A stretch of DNA of 60,533 nt from Thermodesulfobacteriota bacterium (GTDB lineage: Bacteria > Desulfobacterota > Desulfobulbia > Desulfobulbales > BM004): positions 1 through 60,533 of the forward strand of contig JBHPCH010000002.1 of assembly GCA_042576125.1 (NCBI GenBank), in the 5' to 3' direction. The translations under genes were made by a program, and so were the position numbers. Positions within the stretch are counted from its first letter, which is position 1; every line of letters begins with the position of its first letter. This document shows, in pieces, positions 8,495 through 17,242 of the stretch. The notes under the pieces are model-generated. The model saw only the letters and a program-made list of their open reading frames with translations. It searched no databases and was not told the origin of the DNA.

Positions 8495-9835
8495 ATGGCA
8501 AATACCATTCTTTTAATAGATGATGATGAAAGCCTGCGCCGGGTTACCGAATACAACCTGTCTGAATCCGGTTTTAACTTGATTACAGCCGGCTCCGGCC
8601 GTCAGGGTTTAGAGCTTTTCAGTAAAAATAATCCCGACCTGGTGATAACCGATGTTAAACTGGGCGACATGGATGGACTGGAAGTTCTTGCTGCCATTAA
8701 ACTTGAATCCCCGGAAACACCGGTAATTGTCATAACCGCCTTCGGTTCCATTGAAATGGCAGTCAAGGCCATGCATGAAGGTGCCTTTAATTTTATAACC
8801 AAACCTTTTGACCGTGACACATTGCGGCTTTCCTGCAGCAAAGCCCTTGAACTCAGTTCTCTACGCTCACAAAAACGACAGCTCACTGATGAGGTAGACA
8901 GACTGACCGGAACCTCAGGCATGGAGACAGCAAACTCTGCTATGGCAGAACTGCTGGAGACAGCTCTCAAAGTAGCTTCCAGCGAAGCCACGGTCCTGAT
9001 AACCGGGGAATCGGGCACCGGTAAGGAGGTCATGGCCCGGCTCATTCACCAACATAGCCCTCGTAAAGATAACCCCATGGTGGCGATAAACTGTACGGCT
9101 ATTCCTGATAACCTGATCGAAAGCGAATTGTTCGGCCACGTCAAGGGAGCCTTCACCGGTGCCGTTTCCAACCGCAAGGGGCGTTTCCAAACTGCCGCAC
9201 ACGGCACACTCTTCCTTGATGAAATTGGCGAGCTGAAAATGGACATGCAGGCAAAGCTTCTACGGGCCATCCAGGAACGCGAAGTCGAGCCGGTCGGTTC
9301 TGATAAAACAGAAAAGGTGGACGTACGGATCATCGCAGCAACGAACAAGGACCTGCAGGAGGAAGTTTCCAAAGGCACCTTCCGGGAAGACCTCTATTAC
9401 AGATTAGGTGTTATTCCCCTGCACTTGCCGCCGTTAAGGGAACGGCGTGAGGATATTCCAGGCCTGGCAAAGCATTTTCTCAAAAAACTGGACGCACCAC
9501 GCGGAGTAAAACTTTCCAGCAAAGCCTTATCAGCTATGAAAAAATATGACTGGCCGGGCAATATACGCGAACTGCAGAACTCGGTTGAACGGTGTATAAT
9601 CTTAAGGAAGACTGATATTATTGAACCGGAAGATCTAAACCTGTCAAAATCACTGGATGGGGACACCCTTGAAATTCCTGATATCCCAGCCGACGGGATA
9701 TCTCTGGAAGAATTTGAAAAAGGGCTGATCATGAAAGCCATGCAGAAAAGCAACGGCAACCGCTCCCAGGCCGCACGCCTCCTGAAGATCCCCCGTCACG
9801 TCCTGATCTACCGACTTGAGAAATTCGACCTGTAA
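8495..9835 (+). CDS. sigma54-dependent response regulator (NtrC family: REC + AAA+ + Fis-type HTH)
   Basis: 446 aa. REC domain (LLIDDDE...ITDVKLGDMDG), Walker A GESGTGKE, sigma54-contact loop GAFTGA, and a C-terminal HTH (NRSQAARLLKIPRHVLIYRL). Confidence 0.9.
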   Translation: MANTILLIDDDESLRRVTEYNLSESGFNLITAGSGRQGLELFSKNNPDLVITDVKLGDMDGLEVLAAIKLESPETPVIVITAFGSIEMAVKAMHEGAFNFITKPFDRDTLRLSCSKALELSSLRSQKRQLTDEVDRLTGTSGMETANSAMAELLETALKVASSEATVLITGESGTGKEVMARLIHQHSPRKDNPMVAINCTAIPDNLIESELFGHVKGAFTGAVSNRKGRFQTAAHGTLFLDEIGELKMDMQAKLLRAIQEREVEPVGSDKTEKVDVRIIAATNKDLQEEVSKGTFREDLYYRLGVIPLHLPPLRERREDIPGLAKHFLKKLDAPRGVKLSSKALSAMKKYDWPGNIRELQNSVERCIILRKTDIIEPEDLNLSKSLDGDTLEIPDIPADGISLEEFEKGLIMKAMQKSNGNRSQAARLLKIPRHVLIYRLEKFDL

Positions 9836-10169
9836 TTACTCACCTAGATTAATCTTTAAAAACAGTAGGTTAATATTTCATTCAGCAATTTATACTTATC
9901 GCTGACTGCCAGACTAAAGTGTCTTAGATGTTATATGCAGTGTTTGGAGAGGAGAGAAATTAAACACTTGTTGCAGTTACATGAATCTAAATTATTTCTC
10001 ATGCATTCATTCTCTTAATAGCTACATACACCAGAAACCAGAACGCTATAACCAATGTGAGCTGATTAACACCAGATAAGATATTCAAGAATCGCTTGTC
10101 TTGTCCATTGGATTGATTGTTACTTATTGCATCTCTACCACTCACGGTGGCGGGAAGACATCTAGGCCC

Positions 10170-10328
10170 TCATGAACCAGGAGGGGCCCCAGTCGCTTTA
10201 AAATACTTTCTAGATGACCATATATGAACAAAGAGACTAATTATAGCCACCACTCCAAGCATAATGTAGCTATCTTGAAAAAGTACAACAGGAGCCATTA
10301 TGCAAATAATATATTGAATCAATACCAT
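10170..10328 (-). CDS. hypothetical 52-aa hydrophobic peptide (unsupported small ORF)
   Basis: ATG at 10328, TGA at 10172-10170. Translation is MVLIQYIICIMAPVVLFQDSYIMLGVVAIISLFVHIWSSRKYFKATGAPPGS, with two hydrophobic stretches. No clear SD and no recognisable family. Confidence 0.15.
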   Translation of the reverse strand: MVLIQYIICIMAPVVLFQDSYIMLGVVAIISLFVHIWSSRKYFKATGAPPGS

Positions 10329-10404
10329 CTTAAAATCCTTGCTATTGGTTGATGTGATTTGGCCCCTAAGTCACTTAACAATATTACTAATTATCTTTAA
10401 CGGC

Positions 10405-10842
10405 TTAACAGTTTAAATGAAAGATGGCTCCCAGTGCCTCTTTTGATGATTCATTAAAGAGCTTAACCGCCTCATGAGTATTCATGATATGAACTCTAAT
10501 ATTTTTAGCTTTAAGAAATTTCACTGTTTCATCCGGAATGGCAGCTTCACCATTTGCTCCATTGCCGATAATGAGAGTCTTAATGCTTGTATTAACAATT
10601 TCTCCAATATCTACAGGAAGAATATAGTGAGGGTCACTTGGCGACCATTTCTTTACAATGCCAGTAGGCAATATTTGCAATTCATTTGTATATGTTTTGC
10701 CATCAACAATCATTTTACCAAACGAATAACTGGTTATTGCTGGCCCCTGGCTTCCTGCAGTTGGGGTGAAAGTGGTTTCGCTGCTACAACTGGCAAAGAG
10801 AAAAAGACTTATAAATAGTATGATTCGCAAGAGAAGGTTCAT
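10405..10842 (-). CDS. lipoprotein with Mth938-like (DUF498/NDUFAF3-like) domain
   Basis: 145 aa with a lipobox (LFASC). The C-terminal part (SYSFGKMIVDGKTY...ILP...TLIIGNGANG...FLKAKNIRVHIMNTHEAVKLFN) reads like the Mth938 fold family. Confidence 0.5.
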   Translation of the reverse strand: MNLLLRIILFISLFLFASCSSETTFTPTAGSQGPAITSYSFGKMIVDGKTYTNELQILPTGIVKKWSPSDPHYILPVDIGEIVNTSIKTLIIGNGANGEAAIPDETVKFLKAKNIRVHIMNTHEAVKLFNESSKEALGAIFHLNC

Positions 10843-10948
10843 AGTAGTAGTTATAAGAATATATCAACCCCAATAGTATTTAAAACATCCTTGCCAGAGA
10901 GTTTAGTTTCGCCTTTGCCCTTAAGACTTAGCACCTCCTGGTACTATT

Positions 10949-11311
10949 TTACTTTTGAGGATATCTGGGAACTTTTGGCGTAATCTTCAATGGCTGCAGT
11001 GTAGTCTTTTTATATCGAGTTTCCTGTTCCTGAGTCTCTTGGGAAGGAGCCTCTTCCTGAATTTCAATTGCACAGCGTACAGCCTCGACCGTTGAAGCGA
11101 ATTCAGCCATTACGCTGTCGCCGGCAGTGTTGAATATCCGGCCGCCATGATGCTCAATATTTCGATCAATTATCTTCCGGCACTTGCCCAAAAGTTCATA
11201 GGTGCCATTCTCGTCAACACCCATCATACGGCTGTAACCCACTACATCTGCTGCGAAAATGGTGGTAAACTTTCTTTGCGGAAGTCCTGAAAAATCTTTG
11301 TCTTGAGACAT
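10949..11311 (-). pseudogene. truncated class III adenylate/guanylate cyclase domain (N-terminal half only)
   Basis: FTTIFAADVVGYSRMMG...HGGRIFNTAGDSVMAEFASTVEAVRCAIEIQ matches the first half of a cyclase homology domain. After IQEE the sequence becomes low-complexity (SQETQEQETRYKK) and stops. The second half, with its catalytic Asn/Arg, was not found in any frame downstream. Confidence 0.55.
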
Positions 11312-11647
11312 GCCATTAATCCATGAAACTGTTGGGGTGAAAACAAAAGAGAACCAGCATTATTAATCAGGAACTGATTTGCCATTTAATAAGTTGAGAT
11401 TACTTCTTATTTCACTAGCATTATCTGATTTTTACATTCAAATGCAAGGTAAAACTATCAGTATAATACTATTAAAATGACGGCCGAAAACGATTTCTTT
11501 CAAAGTTACCACCTCAAACAGGTATGAGACCTTGCAGGTGAGTGTTTCAATTTGGCCCTACCGGTATGTTATTATAAGAGTTTGCAACCCAGCTAAGCCT
11601 TACTGTTTTGACTGGTGGGCAATATTATAAAATTTATGCATCTGCCT

Positions 11648-11661
11648 GAAGAATATTCTTC
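11648..11661. promoter_or_regulatory. perfect 14-bp palindrome GAAGAATATTCTTC, candidate enhancer (UAS) site
   Basis: Perfect inverted repeat about 105 bp upstream of the sigma54 -24/-12 element at 11759-11774, which is the usual distance for bacterial enhancer-binding-protein sites. Flanked by further AATATT cores. Confidence 0.3.
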
Positions 11662-11758
11662 AATATTTATTCCATTTATTTTTCAGCATTCCATACTCAT
11701 CTTAATTTGTTTGAATAATTTCAAATAATTATATTTTTTAAAATAAAAACATCCTGTC

Positions 11759-11774
11759 TGGCATGCCCCTTGCT
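11759..11774 (+). promoter_or_regulatory. sigma54 (-24/-12) promoter
   Basis: TGGCATgccccTTGCT has GG at 11760-11761 and GC at 11772-11773 (exact 12-nt GG-to-GC register of the TGGCAC-N5-TTGC consensus). It lies 50-75 nt upstream of the HMA gene start codons. Confidence 0.55.
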
Positions 11775-11847
11775 TTTTATTCTATGAATGGCTGAAGGCG
11801 CTACCATAAACTGAAACAGAGAACCCATGATTAACAGGAAACAGAAT

Positions 11848-12666
11848 ATGAACAATTTGAAACGATCAGTAATTGCATTAACCATCTTATTTGTTGCAGT
11901 CCTGCTGGTAAGCGGAGCACAGGCAGCAGGTGTGCAGCGAAGCAGCTACATTGTTAACAATCTCTCTTGCTCCTCCTGCCTGGCAACCATTGAAGCGGAA
12001 CTAAAAGGCTTGTCAGGCACAATAGGCATGGATGCAAATCTGCAGCAAGGTCGAGTGATTGTCGATCATCAACCTGAACTTGATTCAGAAAAGATTGCTT
12101 TGGTTATCACCAACGCCGGTTATCCCGCTGAAGTTGACTGGACAGCTACGGTACCTGATCAGAACGTCACCAGATATTCGCAGCGCAGCAAATATTCTTC
12201 AGGATGCAGCAGTGGAGGCTGCGGCAGCTCAGGTGGAGCAGGGACCAATCCCACGGTATGGAAAACTGCACCGACTGGCGGCACAATCATCAGGACGACA
12301 TTACAAGTCAGTAACCTTTCCTGCACTTCCTGTCTGAATAATATCGCTGGAGAACTGAGTAAACTTTCTGAGACTTATGGCATGAATGGATATTTAAGTA
12401 GAGGGATTGTCATAGTTGACCATGCTAACACTTTAGAAACAAGCAGGATTGCCGCAATAATTTCCGATCTGGGCTATCCGGCAAGGGCTGTAGCAAGCAA
12501 CGAAGTACCGGCCCAAAAAGCTTTTTCAGCAACAACCCAAAATAGGCCTTCCAATCAAGTAAGACCCAGCGGCAGCGGCTGCAACAGCAAGAGTCCATGC
12601 AATGCAACATCAGCATCATGGCAGAAACTATACAATCGTTATTTTACGCAAACCAATTCTAAATAG
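11848..12666 (+). CDS. secreted protein with two heavy-metal-associated (HMA, MerP/CopZ-like) domains and Cys/Gly/Ser-rich linkers
   Basis: Signal peptide (ALTILFVAVLLVSGAQA). Two repeats carry metal-binding CxxC (NNLSCSSCLATIEAELKGL and SNLSCTSCLNNIAGELSKL). Linker is SSGCSSGGCGSSGG; the tail contains GSGCNSKSPC. The ATG at 11848 has an AGGAA SD; the longest ORF starts at 11827. Confidence 0.75.
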   Translation: MNNLKRSVIALTILFVAVLLVSGAQAAGVQRSSYIVNNLSCSSCLATIEAELKGLSGTIGMDANLQQGRVIVDHQPELDSEKIALVITNAGYPAEVDWTATVPDQNVTRYSQRSKYSSGCSSGGCGSSGGAGTNPTVWKTAPTGGTIIRTTLQVSNLSCTSCLNNIAGELSKLSETYGMNGYLSRGIVIVDHANTLETSRIAAIISDLGYPARAVASNEVPAQKAFSATTQNRPSNQVRPSGSGCNSKSPCNATSASWQKLYNRYFTQTNSK

Positions 12667-12700
12667 TTAAATAATCAACAATATACGGAGGACATTTAAA

Positions 12701-13186
12701 ATGTTTACTACTGGAAAAAAACTGACACTAACTACAATTCTTCTGCTGTTCATCGGAATTACACTGAGTGGATGTTCCGGCTCCTCTTCTTCAGCAGGCA
12801 AAGTCGGCGGGCTTATCGCACCGACTAACGGAAAACTTGAAATTCCCGTGGCCGGAATCAGCGACGGCAAAGCACATCATTACCAGGTCAAATCGCAAGA
12901 CGGGACCATGGTCACTTTCTTTGTACTCAAAAGTGCTGACGGCGTTCTCCGCGCTGCCATTGATGCCTGCGACGTCTGTTTCCGCTCAGGACTCGGCTAT
13001 TACCAGGAAGGCGACAACATGGTCTGCAAGAACTGCGGCCAGAAGTTTGCCTCCAACAGGATCAATGTCATAAAAGGCGGTTGTAACCCGGCCCCGTTGA
13101 ACAGGACCGTAATCAGTGACAAACTGGTGATCGATATGAGAGACATCAATATAAACAGCTGGTACATGAAATACCGCCAGTCATAA
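12701..13186 (+). CDS. DUF2318-like Cys-rich lipoprotein (putative metal/Fe-S-binding)
   Basis: 161 aa with GGAGG SD and a lipobox (LSGC). AIDACDVCFRSGLGYYQEGDNMVCKNCGQKF...KGGCNPAP is the 2xCxxC + GGCNP signature I associate with DUF2318 proteins of FtsX-ABC/P19-type metal uptake loci. Confidence 0.6.
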   Translation: MFTTGKKLTLTTILLLFIGITLSGCSGSSSSAGKVGGLIAPTNGKLEIPVAGISDGKAHHYQVKSQDGTMVTFFVLKSADGVLRAAIDACDVCFRSGLGYYQEGDNMVCKNCGQKFASNRINVIKGGCNPAPLNRTVISDKLVIDMRDININSWYMKYRQS

Positions 13187-13238
13187 TTAGTATATAGGCT
13201 CTAATCATTGATATTCACAAAATAAGGAAATTCGCATC

Positions 13239-13673
13239 ATGGCTTACGATCTAGAAAAATACAGAGACAAACGAGAAAAGGTGCTCGGGGTGAAAAAACG
13301 GGGCGTCAGCTTCGGCACTCTGGCTGCAATGATATCGATGGTAATTATCCTGGGACTGGGATTTGTTGTTGTACCCAAATCAATTGCCTACTTCAATACC
13401 AGGCACCTGGATGACGCCATCTACAAACTTCAGAATACCGAGGTATGGCCCCAGGAAGCCATCACCGGTATTGAACAGCTGGCGGGTGTCAAGGGTATTG
13501 AAACAGATAAAGGTAGTTCGAGGATTGTGGTTACCTTTGATAAGTCCATAACCGGCACAAATGAATTGAATACATTTTTCAAGGCGAATGACGTAAAAGC
13601 TATCCTGCTAAACCAGGTAAGTCATACTCAGCGCCTGCATACCATAAAACAAGAAGCAAAATTTGAGGGATAA
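13239..13673 (+). CDS. hypothetical single-pass membrane protein with Cys-less HMA-like ectodomain
   Basis: 144 aa with AAGGA SD and one TM (LAAMISMVIILGLGFVVV). The C-terminal GIEQLAGVKGIETDKGSSRIVVTFDKS pattern resembles the ferredoxin-like HMA fold but lacks CxxC. Confidence 0.4.
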   Translation: MAYDLEKYRDKREKVLGVKKRGVSFGTLAAMISMVIILGLGFVVVPKSIAYFNTRHLDDAIYKLQNTEVWPQEAITGIEQLAGVKGIETDKGSSRIVVTFDKSITGTNELNTFFKANDVKAILLNQVSHTQRLHTIKQEAKFEG

Positions 13674-13678
13674 ACGCC

Positions 13679-14836
13679 GTGAAACTGCATAATATATCAT
13701 TCAATAATCTCAAACGCCGTAAAGGCAAAATGATCTTTCTGGTCCTGGGTCTTTTTATTGGTATTGCCACGATTGTCGCCCTTATGTCGATCACGGAATC
13801 AATGACCCATGATATTGAAGACCGGCTTGACCAGTATGGGGCAAACATTGTCATGGTTCCCAGAAGCGAAAACCTGACCCTTTCCTACGGTGGCATCACC
13901 ATGGGCGGTGTCAATTATCAGACAGTGGAATTTGCCGAGGAAAGAATCCCTGAGATCAGGACTATACAATACTCAAAGAATCTTGGCCTGGTAGCTCCTA
14001 AAGTTCTTGGCGCTGCTACCGTAAGGGGTAAAGATGTACTGCTCATGGGTGTTGATTTTGAAACCGAGCTGCAGCTCAAAAACTGGTGGCAGTTTGAGGG
14101 AGCCCCTCCTGCTGAAGCAAACGAACTTTTGCTCGGTTCCCAGACTGCAACAACTTTTAATCTGGCAGTGGGTGACACCCTTGCTATTGACGGCCGTGAT
14201 TTCATTGTCACTTCCATCTTAAAACCGACAGGATCATCCGAAGACGGCATTATCATTGGAGATCTGCATGCTTTTCAGAAAATTCTGGACAAGGAAGGCA
14301 AGGTATCAATGGTTGAGATCCAGGCCTTCTGCAGGGACTGCCCGATCTCTGAGCTGGTTCTGCAGATAGGTGAAAAGTTCCCGGAAGCAAAGGTTACCGG
14401 TCTCCGGCAGGCGATGATGTCAAAAATGCAGACCGTTGAAATGTTCAAAACATTCAGCTACGGCATCGCTGTTCTGGTAATTTTTATAGGTTCGCTTCTG
14501 GTATTCGTAACCATGATGGGCTCAGTGAATGAACGGACCCGCGAAATAGGCATCTTCCGCGCCATTGGTTTCCGACGCGGCCATGTCATGCAGATCATAC
14601 TGTTAGAGGCCATGGTGGTTGGTTTAGTTGGCGGCCTTCTTGGTTATCTAGGCGGCAGCGGGATAGCCTGGGCTGCTCTGCCGCTGGTTGTAAAAAGCGC
14701 TTCCTTTGCAGGACTTAACTATAATCTTGGAGGCATTTCGCTTTTACTGGCTATAGCCTTAAGCCTCATTGCAAGCCTTTATCCGGCTCAAAAAGCAAGC
14801 AAGCTCGACCCGAGTGAAGCGCTTCGGGCCCTGTAA
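13679..14836 (+). CDS. ABC transporter permease, FtsX/MacB type with large periplasmic domain
   Basis: 385 aa with GTG start and GAGGGA SD. TM1, then an ~230-aa periplasmic domain, then 3 C-terminal TMs with the FtsX-family pattern (REIGIFRAIGFRRGHV). Confidence 0.8.
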   Translation: MKLHNISFNNLKRRKGKMIFLVLGLFIGIATIVALMSITESMTHDIEDRLDQYGANIVMVPRSENLTLSYGGITMGGVNYQTVEFAEERIPEIRTIQYSKNLGLVAPKVLGAATVRGKDVLLMGVDFETELQLKNWWQFEGAPPAEANELLLGSQTATTFNLAVGDTLAIDGRDFIVTSILKPTGSSEDGIIIGDLHAFQKILDKEGKVSMVEIQAFCRDCPISELVLQIGEKFPEAKVTGLRQAMMSKMQTVEMFKTFSYGIAVLVIFIGSLLVFVTMMGSVNERTREIGIFRAIGFRRGHVMQIILLEAMVVGLVGGLLGYLGGSGIAWAALPLVVKSASFAGLNYNLGGISLLLAIALSLIASLYPAQKASKLDPSEALRAL

Positions 14837-14863
14837 AAAAATAATTTAATTGTAGAACTTATC

Positions 14864-15580
14864 ATGAAGGATAACACAATGCATAACTTAACAGTTGAAC
14901 CCAATGTACAGCACCTCATTGAGGTCCAGAGTATCGGTAAGGATTACCAGGACGGCGAAACTAACGTTCAGGCGATCAGGCAGATGGATTTTTATATTGA
15001 TGACGGTGAATTTGTTGCAATAATGGGGCAGTCAGGTTCCGGCAAGTCAACACTTCTTTCCATACTTGGCGGACTGAACCATCCAAGCAGGGGGAAGGTC
15101 CTGCTCGACACCCTTGACATTTATAAACTTACCAGTGAACAGCGGGCTGACTTGAGAAGTGAATACATCGGCGTGATCTTCCAGTCATTCCAGCTGATTC
15201 CTTACCTTACAGTGTTGGAAAACATTAAACTTCCAATGGCCATAACGGGCAAAAAAGGAAAAGAACAGGAAAATATGGCCCGGGATGTCCTGGCCAGAGT
15301 TGGTCTTACAGATAAAGCAGACCGACTGCCGGACCAGCTTTCAGGCGGGGAACAGGAACGGGTCGCCATTGCCAGGGCAATTGTTAATAAACCGCCTATC
15401 CTGCTTGCGGATGAGCCCACCGGCAGCCTTGACAGCAATACTGCCGATGAAATATTGAACCTTCTCAAGGAATTGAATGAAGAAGGGCAGACCATCATTA
15501 TGGTCACCCATAACCCTGATGCCTGTAAAGATACGACCAGAACCATCCATGTGAAGGATGGTTTATGTTATGAACATTGA
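14864..15580 (+). CDS. ABC transporter ATP-binding protein (MacB/LolD-like)
   Basis: 238 aa with Walker A GQSGSGKST, signature LSGGEQERV and Walker B ILLADEPT. Confidence 0.9.
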   Translation: MKDNTMHNLTVEPNVQHLIEVQSIGKDYQDGETNVQAIRQMDFYIDDGEFVAIMGQSGSGKSTLLSILGGLNHPSRGKVLLDTLDIYKLTSEQRADLRSEYIGVIFQSFQLIPYLTVLENIKLPMAITGKKGKEQENMARDVLARVGLTDKADRLPDQLSGGEQERVAIARAIVNKPPILLADEPTGSLDSNTADEILNLLKELNEEGQTIIMVTHNPDACKDTTRTIHVKDGLCYEH

Positions 15581-15723
15581 TACAATAAAATTTTCTAATC
15601 TCTGCCCTGTGCGTGCCCTTTCCCCACTAGCCCTCCCTGGCTTATGGGGCACCACATCCCTCCTCCGGAACCGACTGTTATGATGATCTAGCAATTCGGT
15701 CCAACTGAACGCCCAAGCCCAGA

Positions 15724-15785
15724 GGGCCATCCGTTAACAGCACGGGCAGAGTCAGCTGTTAACGGATGGCCCTTATTATTTTCCA
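15724..15785 (+). terminator. rho-independent terminator of the HMA-ABC operon
   Basis: Perfect 18-bp stem GGGCCATCCGTTAACAGC (15724-15741) / GCTGTTAACGGATGGCCC (15755-15772) with a 13-nt loop, followed by TTATTATTTT. Confidence 0.75.
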
Positions 15786-15955
15786 GACCAGTAACTCAGC
15801 ATTACACTCTCCACTCATAATAATAGTTTACCCCTATCATTATACTATAATTACTCTACCCTTTTATAATTTTGCAGTATTGGGTAAGGTAGCTGCAATT
15901 AAACTGATCTTTCAATTTTTTAAAAAATTTAAACTTCAGGTTTCAGGAGAGAGTA

Positions 15956-17209
15956 ATGACCGTTCCAAAAATTCTTATCATAGACGATGAGCCGGCCCTG
16001 CAAATGGCCATGCAAAAAGCCTTGAAAAATGAAAACTATGATATTGTTTTTGCAAATAATGGTAATGAAGGTCTTGAGCAATGCCAGAAAGAAAAACCGG
16101 ATTTGATATTGCTTGATCTGCGTATGCCAAAATTGGATGGTTTCGGGTTTCTTGAAAAGATTAAGATAAAGCCGGATGATCCATACAGCATTATAGTCAT
16201 AACCGGGCATGGTAATGACAGGGAAGTAGAGAGAAGCTTTGAACTTGGAGTCAATTTTTTTCTTCATAAACCTTTAAGCATTGTTGAACTCCGCTGCCTT
16301 GTAAAGCGGTGCCTGGGGATGAAAGAACTCGAAAAGGAACTGCGTGAGCACCGCAATTCCCTTGAAAAACTCGTCACGCAAAGAACAAAAGCACTTATCA
16401 ACCAGGTACGTTTCCAACAGAACCTCATCGATTCAATTCCGGTTCCTATTTATTTTAAGGATGCTGATCTGAACTACCTGGGTTGCAACAGGGCATTTGA
16501 AGAAACCCTCGGCTACCCCAAGAAACATATTATCGGCAAGACTGTGCATGATATCCTACCCAAAAAACTTGCAGTGATTCATCATCAGAAGGACCTGCAA
16601 CTCTTACAGTCCGGTGAAATCAAACACTATGAAGTCTCTTCAGTATATCCGGACGGCAAAAAACACGACCTGCTTGTTTTCAAGGCGCTGTTTCATGACC
16701 ATGCCGGCGACATTGAAGGACTTATAGGCACGAACCTGGACATATCTGAAAGAAAACAGGCGCAACTCCAGCTTGAGCAGCATGCCGAGGAACTTGAAAA
16801 TGCCAACACTGCATTAAGAGTTCTTCTGAAGCAGGTTAATGAAAATAAAAATGATATGGAAAGTAAAGTACTTGATAATTTCGCCCGCCTTGTAAATCCC
16901 TATCTCGATACGCTGGAAACAAACCTGGCCAACACAAAGCAATATGAATACATCAAGATAATTCAGGAAAATATCAAGAAAATCACCTCGGCTTTTTCCC
17001 AGAAACTTTCTTCAAGTTACATCGGGTTAAGCCCCAGGGAAATACAGGTGGCAGACCTCGTACGGCATGGGAGAACAAATAAGGAATCTTCTGCAATCCT
17101 TAATGTATCAATCAATGCAGTGGAATTTCACAGGAATAATCTGAGAAAAAAACTGGGCATACAAAATAAGAAAGTCAATCTCAGAACGTATCTTCTCTCA
17201 ATGGATTAA
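15956..17209 (+). CDS. response regulator: REC + PAS + coiled coil + LuxR-type HTH
   Basis: 417 aa. REC (ILIIDDEP...LLDLRMPKLDG...KPL), PAS (NLIDSIPVPIYFKD...GTNLDISERK) and a C-terminal LuxR/GerE HTH (LSPREIQVADLVRHGRTNKESSAILNVSINAVEFHRNNLRKKLG). Confidence 0.85.
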   Translation: MTVPKILIIDDEPALQMAMQKALKNENYDIVFANNGNEGLEQCQKEKPDLILLDLRMPKLDGFGFLEKIKIKPDDPYSIIVITGHGNDREVERSFELGVNFFLHKPLSIVELRCLVKRCLGMKELEKELREHRNSLEKLVTQRTKALINQVRFQQNLIDSIPVPIYFKDADLNYLGCNRAFEETLGYPKKHIIGKTVHDILPKKLAVIHHQKDLQLLQSGEIKHYEVSSVYPDGKKHDLLVFKALFHDHAGDIEGLIGTNLDISERKQAQLQLEQHAEELENANTALRVLLKQVNENKNDMESKVLDNFARLVNPYLDTLETNLANTKQYEYIKIIQENIKKITSAFSQKLSSSYIGLSPREIQVADLVRHGRTNKESSAILNVSINAVEFHRNNLRKKLGIQNKKVNLRTYLLSMD

Positions 17210-17242
17210 TATGATATCAACACCGACGATTCTAATCTTATC

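Noticed and set aside
15881-15897. Weak sigma54-like GGGTAAggtagCTGCA upstream of the REC-PAS-LuxR gene.
   Set aside because: Only the GG-N10-GC skeleton matches. The -24 box (GGGTAA versus TGGCAC) is poor, which is too weak to call from sequence alone.
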